64,000 nucleotides of DNA, taken from the human T2T-CHM13v2.0 reference genome, Homo sapiens. The stretch lies in assembly GCF_009914755.1 (NCBI RefSeq), contig NC_060938.1; one strand, given 5' to 3'. This document shows, piece by piece, positions 1-21,004 of the stretch. The translations under genes and the position numbers were made by a program. How positions within the stretch are numbered: position 1 is the stretch's first letter; every line of letters begins with the position of its first letter. The notes beneath the pieces are model-generated. The model was not told the DNA's origin, ran no database searches, and saw nothing but the letters and a program-made list of their open reading frames with translations.

Positions 1-23
1 CCTACTTCTCATCTTTCACCCAG

Positions 24-141
24 ATTAGTGTGAGCCTTGCCAAAGATGAGCCTGACACAAATCTCGTGGCCTTAATGAAGGAAGAAGGGGTGAAACTTCT
101 AAGAGAAGCAATGGGAATTTACATCAGCACCCTCAAAACAG
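24..141 (+). CDS. AHSA1: AHSA1 (Hsp90 ATPase activator) internal coding exon, end of N-terminal domain; gene begins upstream of window
   Basis: cag|ATT acceptor, ACAG|gtat donor; 118 nt encoding ISVSLAKDEPDTNLVALMKEEGVKLLREAMGIYISTLKT; phase matches next exon. Confidence 0.96.
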
Positions 142-339
142 GTATCCCTTGAGTAGTTCTGTATGCCTTAAGGAGGTAGTTTCCACCTGTTAGACTCTGG
201 TTAAGGGCCTGGACAGTCCTTTCTTTGGCAAATGGGTAAAGATTTGGGGGGAGGGGGCTTATTTCATCTTAAAGTCAGTCCATAAGCTCGGAGTAAGGGA
301 AAGATCTGGAGCTGTGTTGCCTAATAATGATGGTTGAGC

Positions 340-1035
<696 letters not shown>

Positions 1036-1472
1036 AGACTTGGCATCTCTGGACTCATTACTTGAATACAGTCTGGACTATCTTTGATATGCACTCTCCA
1101 GGGATATTTAGATGCTTAGAATAGAAGTCAGCTCAGCTTTCCCCTGGGATTCCATTTCTGCCAGTGTATTCTGATCTTGGTGTTGGAATATGTATAATAA
1201 CCATCAAAGAAGGTGATGGAACGTGATAGACACCTTTTTGGGGAGGACCAGTACACCAGTGCCATAACTAGTTGTGGCTTTTCTGCAGAGGTAAGGCAGA
1301 GTGGAGGAAAGGCACTAACCATGCATTCATAGGTGCTGGGTAGATTACCCACTCTTGAAGTCATCAAAGTGCCACAGCGTTCACGCCATCCTTCCATAGT
1401 AGACCTCACATGCACTTAATATGTTATAATGTTTCCAGTTAAGTCAGGATAAGCTTTTAAAAATAATCCCAG

Positions 1473-1770
1473 TGGCCAGGTGCAGTGGCTCACACCTGTA
1501 ATCCCAGCACTTTTGGAGGCCGAGGCTAGTAGATCACAAGGTCAGGAGATCAAGACCATCCTGGCCAACATGGTGAAACCCCGTCTCTACTAAAAATACA
1601 AAAATTAGCTGGGCATGGTGGTGCATGCCTATAATCCGAGCTACTCAGGAGGCTGAGGCAGGAGAATAGCTTGAACCAGGGAGTCAGAGGTTGCAGTGAG
1701 TTGGAGTGCAGGCTGCACTCCAGCCTGGTGACAGAGCAAGACTCCGTCTCAAAAAAAAAATAATAATAAT
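1473..1770 (+). mobile_element. Alu with aataatcccagtg TSD
   Basis: Full Alu dimer, A-tail, flanking direct repeat. Confidence 0.9.
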
Positions 1771-1974
1771 CCCAGTGAACATACTATATTCTATAGCATA
1801 TACCCAGGTACCAGTCTGGCATAGGCCAAAAGTAAAGATGTAAAAATAGCCTCTTCCTTTTCTGGTCATAACCTCATTCTGTGGTAGGATGGCTGTGTTT
1901 GTCAAGCTGTAATGAAACTCCAGATCTCAGCTACTAAGAAGTAACTTCCATGAGCTGGAATTTTATCTTTTCAG

Positions 1975-2063
1975 AGTTCACCCAGGGCATGATCTTACCT
2001 ACAATGAATGGAGAGTCAGTAGACCCAGTGGGGCAGCCAGCACTGAAAACTGAGGAGCGCAAG
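1975..2063 (+). CDS. AHSA1: AHSA1 coding exon (linker)
   Basis: tttcag|AG ... AAG|gtaaat; 89 nt, EFTQGMILPTMNGESVDPVGQPALKTEERK. Confidence 0.96.
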
Positions 2064-2916
2064 GTAAATGGTTTTCCTGGGGTGGGAGACTGTCTGCAAA
2101 GGAACTTGAGAGACCGCCTTCTTAATTCCACATATCAGCTCTCTGTGTCCCTAACCTCTAAGCCAGACCAGCCTGCGATCTGCTCATGGTGCTTTTTCAG
2201 AGCGCCTGCAATATGCATTCATTCACCCATCTTTAACCTGGTTTTAATTCATTTATCGCAGACCCTTAGAGCAAGTAGGAGCTATCAGACAGTTAAAAGT
2301 CTGACTCTTGATTGCATTTAGCACCAGGTTAGGAGGTTATGAACAAAGGATGGACTTCACCTATATAAGTCTTCAGTCTAATTGGTGTGTTGATATTTCA
2401 TACTTTGATATTAGAGGTCCCATCAAGAAATGGAGTTACATCCCTGTCTTCACCCAATCTCCCCAATTTTCAGGGTGAGCAAGTACTTTATCTAGAGATG
2501 GAAGTTTGTGGTTCAAGCTCAGCACTTGGTTTAGAGCCCTGTTGCTCTTTTGTCAGCATAGTGAAGTGGATACTCTGGAAGTGGGGAGAAAACCGCTTCC
2601 AGCTATTTAAACATAGAAATTGTTTGAGAATTACACTGAGCTCTTCAAAAATATCTCAATGATTTGATTTGTTATTTGACTATCAGGGTCTTCCTTGTAG
2701 AGTGGTTATTTTTACTGGGAATTGAGGAGGTTTCCAGAATCATTACCCTCATGACTGAAACACCTACACACTCAAATTCCCTTCAAACCCCTTGGAATAA
2801 TTACCCTTGGAGGTGAACATTTTTATGAGAATGAATGGTACAACTGTCTCTGAAGCCACGTTGATTGAGGTTGTATCATTACTCTGTATTGATCATTTTC
2901 ACTGCCACCTTCACAG

Positions 2917-3045
2917 GCTAAGCCTGCTCCTTCAAAAACCCAGGCCAGACCTGTTGGAGTCAAAATCCCCACTTGTAAGATCACTCTTAAGGAAACCTTC
3001 CTGACGTCACCAGAGGAGCTCTATAGAGTGTTTACCACCCAAGAG
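2917..3045 (+). CDS. AHSA1: AHSA1 coding exon
   Basis: cacag|GCT ... GAG|gtaagt; 129 nt, AKPAPSKTQARPVGVKIPTCKITLKETFLTSPEELYRVFTTQE. Confidence 0.96.
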
Positions 3046-3204
3046 GTAAGTCAGTCTTGTCCTTCAGGCCTCATGCCATCTGCCCTTCTAGGTGACTTGA
3101 GTTGGGGGCATATCCCTTCAGCAGTGTACAGAAGAGGTACTCACAGACTCACAACTGGAGCCATGAGGCCTTCATCAAAGTGAATTTTTCCCTCCCTCTA
3201 TTCT

Positions 3205-3650
<446 letters not shown>

Positions 3651-3679
3651 TTCTAGTTTTGGGTCATATAAGTAGAAAC

Positions 3680-3814
3680 CACTGAGTGAATCTTACTAGA
3701 AAAGTGAATGGCCATTCTTGGTTACTCTGTAGCACAGAAGAATTCCTGGCTTCTTTGTGTTGCACAGCTGACTTGTGCCATTCTGCTGCTATAGTGTGGA
3801 GTTGAGAAACATGA
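3680..3814 (+). ncRNA. SNORA46: SNORA46 (ACA46)-like H/ACA snoRNA copy, probably degenerate, sense in AHSA1 intron
   Basis: CCATTCTTGGTTAC.CTGTAG...AAGAATTCCTGGCT...TGTTGCACAGCTGACTTGTGCCATTCTGCTG matches recalled SNORA46; H box ACAGAA 3734-3739, ACA box 3809-3811; 5' third diverged. Confidence 0.8.
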
Positions 3815-4494
3815 CCGTATTCAGCTTTATTATCTGATAGTAAAGGTGGTTAGGATACGTGGAAGTTCCCATATACTCTGGGACAAAATTTCAAGATCTT
3901 ATTTTTTAAACAAAAATGTAAATACAGCCATAAATTAAGAGGTACCATGTAGTATATGGGTGTTAGTATGTCTGTGCGCCTGCACCCAAAATACTCTCGT
4001 GATAAGTTCTCTCCCCCTTAGAAAACCAAGAACTGGAGAAGCAATTAAATGGACTGGGTTTTCTAGAAATTTAAAAAGATGTGTATAAACAAAATTGTAC
4101 TGTACTTCAGAAAGTTATCTTAGTTGACTCCAGAGATGTGTTATGACCTGGCTATGCCAAAGACTGCATTCGATGGCTAACTTGGTTCTACTTGGTGCCT
4201 GCTGCCTTGAAGGACTTAGCAGCATAGCTGTGGTCTTCATGTGAATTGAATTTAGCACTTCAACACAGACTTCAGTTGAATCTCTGCTTCCAAACTAGCT
4301 AAAGTTTTCAGAGTTTTAAAATACTTTTGTATGGGAGGATTCCTAACATTTTTAACCTTCTGTTTATTTTTAATTTTGTACCATGTATTCGTATTACCTA
4401 CTTTAAAAAATAGTAAAGTCTTATTAAAAGTAAAAGCGGCACCGTTGGGTAATCGAACACAGCAAAATGATACTGATTTCATATATATGGAGTA

Positions 4495-5095
4495 GGCCAG
4501 GCACAGTGGCTTACATCTCTAATCCCAGCACTTTGAGGGGCTGAGGCGGGTGAATTACTTGAGCCCAGGAGTTTGAGACCAGCCTGGCCAACATGGTGAA
4601 GCCCTGTCTCTACAAAAAATACAAAAATTAGCCAGGTATGGTGGTATGCGCCTGTAGTCCCAGCTCCTCAGGAGGCTGAGGTGGGAGGATCACCTAAGCT
4701 TAGGAGGTCGGGGCTGCAGTGAGCCATGATCATGCCACTGCACTTCGGCCTGGGCAACAGAGCGAGACCTATCTCAAAAAAAATAAAAGGGCTGGGCGCG
4801 GTGGCTCACGCCTGTAATCCCAGCACTTTGGGAGGCCAAGGTGGGTGGATCACGAGGTCAGGAGTTCAAGACCAGCCTGGCCAAGATGGTGAAACCCCAT
4901 CTCTACTAAAAAATACAAAAAGTTAGCCACGCATGGTGGCATGCGCCTGTAATCCCAGCTACTACAGAGGCTGAAGCAGAGAATTGCTTAAAACCTGGAC
5001 GGGCGGAGGTTGCGTGAGCCAAGATCGCGCCACTGCACTCCAGCCTGGGCAACAAAGTGAGACTCCGTCTCAATAAATAAAAAAATAAAATAAAA
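4495..5095 (+). mobile_element. Two tandem Alus
   Basis: Alu consensus x2 with A-tails. Confidence 0.9.
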
Positions 5096-5455
5096 GATGG
5101 AATAGATCTATTTTGGGACATGTTCTCAGAAATGATAATAGAAGTCTCAAACATTTACTTGAGAATTTTCTTTCATAAGCTCATTCTTATATCTTTCTGA
5201 ACCATATACAATTTCAAATAAATAAAAGTAAACGGGTCCAAAGTAATGGCATCATCAGATCAGAAAGAATTCCCGAAGTCAAGTCCTGGCTGGTATTAAA
5301 ACAGAATAGAGGGACACCCTGGACCCGCCTGTGGGGCAGACTGGTGGAAATGAGAGTTGAGGCATGCAGCCTTCAGCTGGCATTTGTCCTTGGGTCCCAC
5401 TGAAAGCCATGTATCTTCTGCCTTTTTTTTTTTTTTTTTTTTTTTTTCCCTGCAG

Positions 5456-5557
5456 CTGGTGCAGGCCTTTACCCATGCTCCTGCAACATTAGAAGCAGAC
5501 AGAGGTGGAAAGTTCCACATGGTAGATGGCAACGTCTCTGGGGAATTTACTGATCTG
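5456..5557 (+). CDS. AHSA1: AHSA1 coding exon (START/SRPBCC-like C-domain)
   Basis: T25-ccctgcag|CTG ... CTG|gtgagt; 102 nt, LVQAFTHAPATLEADRGGKFHMVDGNVSGEFTDL. Confidence 0.96.
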
Positions 5558-5829
5558 GTGAGTACCTGCCGGCCCTAGACTCAGGTTATTGCCTCTGGTC
5601 AGATGAGTGACATTTCTCTTTTTCTGAACTCTATAGGTAAAATGTAAGGCTTTAATCTCTTTGTTAATAAAACATTTTGTTTTTCAAAAAAAGGCTGTGA
5701 TTTGAACTGTCTTGCAAGTAATATAATTGCACAGATGGTAGACTCCGTATGAAGGGCAGATGACTGATCCTAGCTAGGATTGGGTACGTTGTAGTATATA
5801 ATATAGACTGAGCTGTTTGATTATTTTAG

Positions 5830-5881
5830 GTCCCTGAGAAACATATTGTGATGAAGTGGAGGTTTAAATCTTGGCCAGAGG
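5830..5881 (+). CDS. AHSA1: AHSA1 coding exon
   Basis: ttttag|GTC ... GAGG|gtaagt; 52 nt, VPEKHIVMKWRFKSWPE(G). Confidence 0.95.
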
Positions 5882-5889
5882 GTAAGTAA

Positions 5890-6621
<732 letters not shown>

Positions 6622-6822
6622 GGCCAGCGGCAGGGGACTCCAGCCTGCTGGACACTTCAGTCCAGCTCTCTCCTGACTGGGGCTTGCGACTCACAGGATT
6701 GCATCGTCCCAGCTGCTAACTTGGGGCCGGGGCCCCTCCCTTCCACATATACCTTGGGTTTGTGCATGTTTTCTGCTGGGTGGGTTCAGAGGGCAATTTC
6801 TCTTTTATGTGTACATATGCTA

Positions 6823-6828
6823 AATAAA
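6823..6828 (+). terminator. AHSA1: AHSA1 polyadenylation signal AATAAA
   Basis: First AATAAA ~200 nt after the stop, with upstream TGTA and downstream GT-rich sequence. Confidence 0.85.
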
Positions 6829-7381
6829 CATAATTTAAAAAACATGCGTGTCTGGAACCTATGTTGATTGAGTGGCTGGTATTGAGAGCTCCCTTGAAGG
6901 TTTTGAATTCAAAAAAGAAGGACAGGGTGGACAGCCTTGTCTCTATTCTGGGTAAGTGTAGGTAATTAAGAGGCACAGAGCCTGCTTCTCACTACCAGGC
7001 ATTCCTGAGCTAGTCTTTCTTACTAGTAAATAGTTTCTGCCTTTTTACCCATAACAGTAGGGGAGGGTTGGTACTTGGGTAGGGAGTGCTAACACTATGC
7101 CTCTACTGCCAGTGCAGTTGACTTCTCACTTTGCACTGCCCATGGCCTCTTACCCTCTTGCAAAGATAAGTGATCACCAGATGCTGGTTTGGGATATGGG
7201 AAGGTGGGAGATTCCTAACTTGTGGCAGCTTCTGTTACATTGCAGTTACTGAGTACTAGACACTACACTGTTTACTTGCATTAACTCATTTGATCTCTAT
7301 AATACGCAGTAGGTACTGTTGTCATTTGTTTTACAAGAACTTAATTAAGCCTTGGCTTTTAAATACATGTACTTTACATAT

Positions 7382-7657
7382 AGCCAGGCGCAGTGGCTCA
7401 GGTCTATAATCCCAGCACTTTGGGAGGCTGAGGCAGGTAGATCACTTGAGGCCAGGAGTTCAAGACCAGCCTGGCCAACATCGCGAAACCCCATCTCTAC
7501 TAAAAATACAAAAATTAACTGATGAGGTGGCACACGCCTGTAATCCCAGCCACTCAGGAGGCTGAGGCACGAGAATTGCTTGAGCCCAGAAGGTGTGAGC
7601 CAAGATTGCACCACTGTACTCAAGCCTGGGTGACAGAATAAGACTGTCTTGAAAAAC
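7382..7657 (+). mobile_element. Alu (within MIR-like sequence)
   Basis: Alu consensus; flanking ttaactcatttgatct and gttgagatttg are MIR-like. Confidence 0.85.
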
Positions 7658-8290
7658 AAGTATTTTACATAACATATTTGCTACAGGTGAGCCTTGGATT
7701 TCTTAACACCCAGATCCAACAAGCAGAGTTGAGATTTGCAACAAGGACTGTAACTGCAGAGCCCATACTCAGCAAATTGTTGTCTTTATTTAACAATATG
7801 TGGTACCATTAAGTTTGCTGGGCACTGACCATGAGCCAAGTGTTGGGGATATAGTGGGTTCAGACTGCCACATTGCAGGAAGAGGTAACAGTACCTGAAC
7901 AGGGAGAGTCACTCCTGGACAAGCCTCGCCCTGACTTCCTGCACCCCAGCGGGAGTCAGTGCTCTCTAAGCCAGACGCTACCTCCTGCAGCTACAGCTAT
8001 TTCCTTCGTCTGTTTATTGCCTGTTTTATTGGGTGGCAGCAAGACCTTGCAGGCTAAAACTGGTTAAAGCAGAGTTCAAGATCTGGTTCATTTACACTTC
8101 CCAAAGCCATCTTTGGCTTGAATTACAAGAGTGCTGGGCTGAACTAATCCACATCTAGTTTGACATTACATCTGCCTCCTAGGGGTGCAAAATGACGCCT
8201 TTTGATGAAGAACCTGGAGTCTAGCTTGAATCAAATCAACAGGCCCTTCCTAACAGACTCCTAACAGAGACGATTAAAAATGAGACTTTG

Positions 8291-9258
<968 letters not shown>

Positions 9259-9799
9259 GAGCCTTTTCACACACACCTGGCTGGAAAGTTACCAGTTCCA
9301 GAATACTTAGAATCAATCAAGTAGAGATGACCAATATGTTCATTAAACCCAAGGCACCAGGCTAAGTGCCTGCCATGTGACATGTGCAGTTGCCATTACG
9401 TGCCAGTATTGATGGCTATTCAATTCTTACCATTGCCATTTTACTGATAACATTTTGGTAAGCCATCTGAACCTAAAAAGCAAATGGCATAGCTAGAAAT
9501 AAAACTGTGGACTTCGACTTTGTGTTTGAATAGTAAAAGTTCCACTTCCTAACAAATTGGGTGAATATCCTTATCTGTAGAATGTGCATAATAGGTGTCT
9601 TGTGAGAGCGTTCGAGATGATACATGTAGAAACGCTGGCACCTGGTGTCATTTAGCAAATAGTCCCTGCTGAATCCATTCAAAAGCCCAAGTGTTTGCCC
9701 TTAAGCCAGAATGCTATTTTGAAAAGCTGGCTAATTTTAATCCAAATTGCGTATCTTGGGCTAAGAGCTCTCCATGCCTGAGAGGAAGAACAATGCACA

Positions 9800-9915
9800 A
9801 AAGTGGACTCCACTCCTAAAGATTCTTACTCAGTGGGTGTGGGGTGTGGCCCATAAACAGAGTTTAATAAATACCCCAGGTGATTCTAATATCAGGGATG
9901 CACTTTGAGAAGCAT
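9800..9915. mobile_element. MER5A-like hAT MITE fragment
   Basis: gattcttactcagt...ccccaggtgattctaat...cactttgagaagca. Confidence 0.65.
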
Positions 9916-10768
9916 CTCAACATATTAACAAAACAAAACCTCATTGTAAAGGAGCCACAGCAGCACATTTGGGTCCCTTTTGTGACTAATGGGGCAAAGG
10001 ATCTAATCATTCTTTCTCTTTAAAGACCTCTTGACAGAGGTCAGCAGACTCTATACTGCTGGTTACCTAAAACTCTAGGAAGCATTCAATCTGACCAGTC
10101 TTGCCTAGCCTAGGGCCATTTGTGAGGCTAACCAGAGGGGGTAAAATTGGGCAAAACCATCTTGGTTGCTGGGGTAGCTGTTAAGGTAGAAACAGTCAGT
10201 GGTGTTCATGCTGGATTCATGGCCATGGATGAACTCCTGGTGTTGGGGACAGGAAGAACAGCTAGTCAAGCCAGTGATGTGACTGACACTGGAACAGAAA
10301 GGAGTGGAGGGACCCTCTGGTTTCATGGGCTTCCTCTGGGCTCTGATACCAGCTGCTCTGGAAACCCTCCCTTCATCAGGCTCACTGCTCCCGCCGTTGG
10401 CGCTGCTCCTCACACACAGGTGCTCCTAAAGCCTGCAGCCACCTGCGCAGTGTCTTTCTCCTTTGCATTGCTCGAATAAACGTAATTTCATAGCCGACCC
10501 ACTCCCCAGCCCCTTTTGTTTAGTTTCTCTCATCTGTGGCCTGACACGGTAGCAATTTAGCATGCCACTTTAAATGTACAGATTTAAAATGGGGTTGGCT
10601 AAATTCAGTATGGGTAATAGAAAACCATTAAATATAGATTAAGACAGTACGTTTAAGTGCCAAAGTGAGTTATATTAGAAAGGAGGGGAATTAGCAGTTT
10701 CCTTAGAAAGCAGACTCTGGGATTACTCTGTCTTGTTACTTTTAAAAGTTTCTGCTGAAAAATAATTA

Positions 10769-11075
<307 letters not shown>

Positions 11076-11784
11076 TAGCCTGTGCTAATCTTACTGAATT
11101 CCTCAGACAAGAGAAAGGGAGTGAGCATGGCTCCTGTCTGGCGGCCTGAGACACTGCCCTCTCTAACCCTCTCATATTTCTAGTTGCAGGTAGAGTATTT
11201 TTAGACTATGGTTCAGGACAGACTAATAAACTTACCTCCGGCAGTGATGGTCATTGGAAATGTCTGACTCTCCGAGTGTCTCCAGTGGTGGCTCTGGACA
11301 CACCTTCCTTTACTGCGCTTCCTGATATATCCCTGTCCTTCCCCACGTCAGGAGTGACAGTGGAGTGTCTAGTTGGGGTGCCCACTGAGGCAGAGCACGG
11401 ATCCACCTCTCATCTTAGAGCTGTAGTTCTTTGGGCAACTCTTTGTTGGATCCCCTGACAGCAAATTACTTCCTGGTGGAGTAAAAGTGATTTACCTCTC
11501 TGACAAAGCTCAGAGTGAATGTGCCCCTGAGGTCCAGCCAGCTCCTCGTCCATCTCCTAGGCAGTGTGAATAAGGATAACTGATATTTAGAGTCTAACTC
11601 CTGCATGCCACAAGCTCTGCCTGCCCGGCTGGTCCAGGAAATGAAAAGGAGCCTGCTGTGGGTTAAGTAAGTTACAAGCACACCCATGGGAGTTTGACTT
11701 GGACCATAAGCAAGGGTTCCTTACACTCCTCCGCTCTGCCGGGGCCCGAAAGTCTTCATCAGGCAGAATTTGAAAATAAAGTGC

Positions 11785-11790
11785 TTTATT
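11785..11790 (-). terminator. ISM2: ISM2 polyadenylation signal (AATAAA on minus strand)
   Basis: TTTATT on plus, ~1.2 kb past the ISM2 stop, followed on minus by U-rich sequence. Confidence 0.75.
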
Positions 11791-12979
11791 GCTGAGGAGC
11801 CCAGAGAGCTTCAGGGCGGCCATCTGGGGGCTAGGACTGAAGTCCCCTAACTTTTGGTGGCTCTTGTGAACAGAGACAGTTGAGACTTCAACATTTCAAC
11901 CCCATAGAAGGCAAGGAAGTGCAGCCAGGGGAATGGGGAGGCAGGGAAGAGGCATGAGGTGTGCCGGGAGAGCGATTATGTGCATCTCTTCCCAACTCTG
12001 AGTTCAGTGCATTCAGTGATGCTGGCAGCATGACATGGGACACTGCTGGGAGAATTTACACCACAGAAGCTGCCCAAATGCAATAAATCAGGGCTTTTTT
12101 CCCCTCCCAGAGAACTGGTTTACTATAGACGTGTGACACACCGTCCCGAGCTAGTGCTGAACCCACCCAAGCCTGGCTACTGTGACAAGCTGTCACCTCC
12201 CCACTCGGGGGGAGTGCCAACTCCCAGCCCTGCACATCCCTACAATCAGCAGAACAGAGGGGGCTGAGCAAAGGAAAGGGACCAGAATTGGGCAACCCAT
12301 TCCCTGCCTGGAGTCCACTTCGCCTCAGCTGGGCTGGCTTGCAGCCCAAGACTAAAGTTGGTGTCCAACAGAAAGGCAGCTTGGGGCTACAGATAGCCTC
12401 CTGTGCAGTGGCTCGTGGCAGGGAGTGGGGAAAGAAGGGCATGTGCACCACCCAGAGATAAGGAGGGGTGGCCACCCGGGCTGGATGCCCCCCCGGCAAA
12501 GGATGGCTGTGCCCATGAGAAGAGTGGCCCTTCCTCTGCTGGCCATCAGGGTGGAGTAGGAGTGACTCGTGGCAGATCCCGGGAATCGGGATTTTTCTGG
12601 AGCTGCTGGCTAACACTTATGTGCAGAGCCAGGGCAGAAGAGCCCAGCTCCCAAGGAGGAGAAAAATGAGTGGCCAGGGTCCCAGCAGGCAGCAGAGGGA
12701 GGCCCCGGCAGACACATGCACATATGCACATTTCCAGGGCTCCCAGGGACACCCACCCTGGGCCCTACATACCCTTCAACCTTCTCACTAACCCCACTGA
12801 GATATCTGCTTCGGGGTCGCTGGCAGAGGGCACACAGCCTCGGACCAACCTCACTGGGGGAGCCCTTTCCTCACCCTGTCTGGGCAGGGGCGGGTGAGGG
12901 CCCTACCAGGAAAGTTCTCCCGTGCAACAGCAGCAGCCGCCTGCCCTCTCCCTGCAGTGTCTGTTCAGCAACCCCGTCA

Positions 12980-13783
<804 letters not shown>

Positions 13784-14136
13784 TTAGGTGTCATGTGCTG
13801 AATGGTGGGAAAGATCCTGAGATCTTGGAAAAGGATCTGGGGTGAGTGGAGACAGGTACAGCAGCTTTTCACCAACTGGTAAGAAGGTTTCATTATTTTA
13901 GCCACTGGACCATTCTTGTTCTGAACGCTGCCTTTCTCAGGCAATCTGGCCTGGGGTGAGTCATTTGGCCACTTTGGGCCTCCTGTGGCCCCCTCTGTCT
14001 ATGCTGCTCTCCTCCCCATCTCCACCTCGGGAAACGTGGCCTTTTTTTTAACTATATTTTTATTTAATTTTAAAATAAATTATATCCCTCAAAACAAAAA
14101 CCTGAGGCTAAAGTACATCTGACTGAGGTTCTCTTA

Positions 14137-14652
<516 letters not shown>

Positions 14653-15621
14653 TTAACTGGGTCTTGTTTCTCATTTTCCCTTCTGTGCCCTCATCCTAAT
14701 GGGATGAGCTGTCCAGCCCCGGACACTGGGGGACTGACTTTGATAGTTTGAGGCCCTGCACATCTCCAAGGGACTGGAACCTTCCCCAGGATCCAGATGC
14801 TGGGATTTGGGTTTTGACTGGGAGTGAAGGAGGAGCCTGGGAAATGGTAACACAGGAGAGGGGAAGAGACACACATTTCCCAGGCCCACCCCTGTACCAG
14901 AAAACAAACTGCTCCTTCCTCTCTGCTCCCAAATCTTTAGGGCCTTCTTTGCAGTGCAGTGCTCACATGGGTTATGCGTGTCTTTCCCCCATGGGACCTG
15001 AGCTCCTTGAGGACATGGACCAAGCCTCAGGCTGCTGACATCCCCTGTGCCAGCACCATGGCCAGGCACATGATGCAGGCTCAGTAGGCTCTTGCTGTGC
15101 TGAGTGCAACCCTTATCTGCAAGGTTGGTCTCCCTGCCTTCCTTGCAGGGTGCAAGTAAGACCAACAGACACAGACTCAGAGTGTGCAGGTGGACGCCTG
15201 CCCCATGCCCAGCTGCCTGGAGGAGCAATGCTGGAGTTCTGCACACTGACCCATTTCTGACTGCACTGCATCCCCCTCTCCAGACAGAGCCTGCCCAGGA
15301 GCCTCCCAAGAGTAACCAAGGAATGGAAGTCAGAACGTCCCCACCCTATCCTGCTGCCAGGGAGGATAGGATATGCCCCCACCAGATGATCTCTAAGCTC
15401 TGCCGCTCCCATTAAGACCTTCCCAGTAGGAATACCAGTCTGAGAAAGGCCAATGAGCTGGCTCAGAAATGCCAGGGCCCCCTGTTGGAGAAGCAAACCT
15501 TCCAGATGGAAGCTGTGCTCTCTGCCTAGTGGAAAGAAGCCAGGTTCCTGCCATGGAATAATACCCCACCCTCCCCTGAGAGCTCGTTCCCCAAACCACC
15601 AGGGGCAAGCCTAGCCCCTCA

Positions 15622-15912
<291 letters not shown>

Positions 15913-15915
15913 CTA

Positions 15916-16161
<246 letters not shown>

Positions 16162-16469
16162 TCAGCACAGGGCACCCTTTCCTCAGGTGGATGCAGCCCA
16201 TGCCAGGGCTTCCAGCCTCATGAATGAAGCTGGGCTGGATTTCAGCTTCCACCTGCTCCCTCAACTGGATTCCCTTCTGCAGTGAATAACCTGTGCAAAT
16301 ATATCAGGTGGCTCTGAAAAGACAGTATAACGCCTAGCCACTTGCTCTGTGTCAACACAGCATAAAGAGGAAATGATACCTAGGGCTGGGAGCTATCTGA
16401 CCACTATTGGTATGACCTTGGGCAAGTCCCCCTACATCTCTGAGCTATAGGTTTTTTAATTTCTTTTCT

Positions 16470-19523
<3,054 letters not shown>

Positions 19524-19658
19524 GGAAAAACTCTGCAAGCTATTGTCAATGTTACTTTTGAGTTGATGATGGTGTTTGAACAAGGCCTAAGCTCCTGGCT
19601 TCCTCAATGGTCTTGCCTGGGAAGCCTCCACCCTCTCCCTCACCCCCATTTCCACTCA

Positions 19659-20126
<468 letters not shown>

Positions 20127-20660
20127 TCAGGGTCAGAGGTGAGAGGCCCAACCTTTCCTTCAAACCAGCTGTCTTCTCTTGGCTGACATTTTTGGCTAAC
20201 CTTCCTGGCCTCTTAGGGCACAAGAATCACAGCTTACGGCCTGGAGGTGCATTAGAATCACCTGGGGACTCCTAATTCGCAGATGCCAGGTATGGACTGA
20301 ACTGGTCTGGCTGGGGCCAGGTATGGCGGTTCTAACACATGCCAGGGTTGACACTCACTAGCTTAAGAGAAGCTGGCTTTGAATCTCGGCTCTGCCAGCA
20401 TGCATCTGCTGGACCTGGGCAGCTCTGAGCCTCCAATTCCTCATGGTAGGGCTGGAAGCTGAGTGCTCCCGACACAGCAGCCCTTGGAGGAACTCTCTTG
20501 CACCACATTATGGATGGAAAATAAGTAAAAGAAAATCATTTATGTGAAACTGAACTTCGGAAACATTAGGCTATTCAATAAAGTAACATGAGGTTCACTG
20601 AACAAAATTTGGAAAAAAACAGCAAACTATGAAGAAGAAAATGAAAATCGCCTATATTCT

Positions 20661-20972
<312 letters not shown>

Positions 20973-21004
20973 CTATCACTGACATTTCTGCCTTCCAGTT
21001 TTTT

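Noticed and set aside
4143-4240. Possible hairpin (gacctggctatgc ... gcatagctgtggtc) as a second intronic snoRNA/miRNA
   Set aside because: Short imperfect stem, large loop, no convincingly placed H/ACA or C/D boxes, no family recognised.
12056-12616. 186-aa ORF in the ISM2 3'UTR
   Set aside because: Non-ATG start, no recognisable domain; expected by chance in GC-rich UTR.
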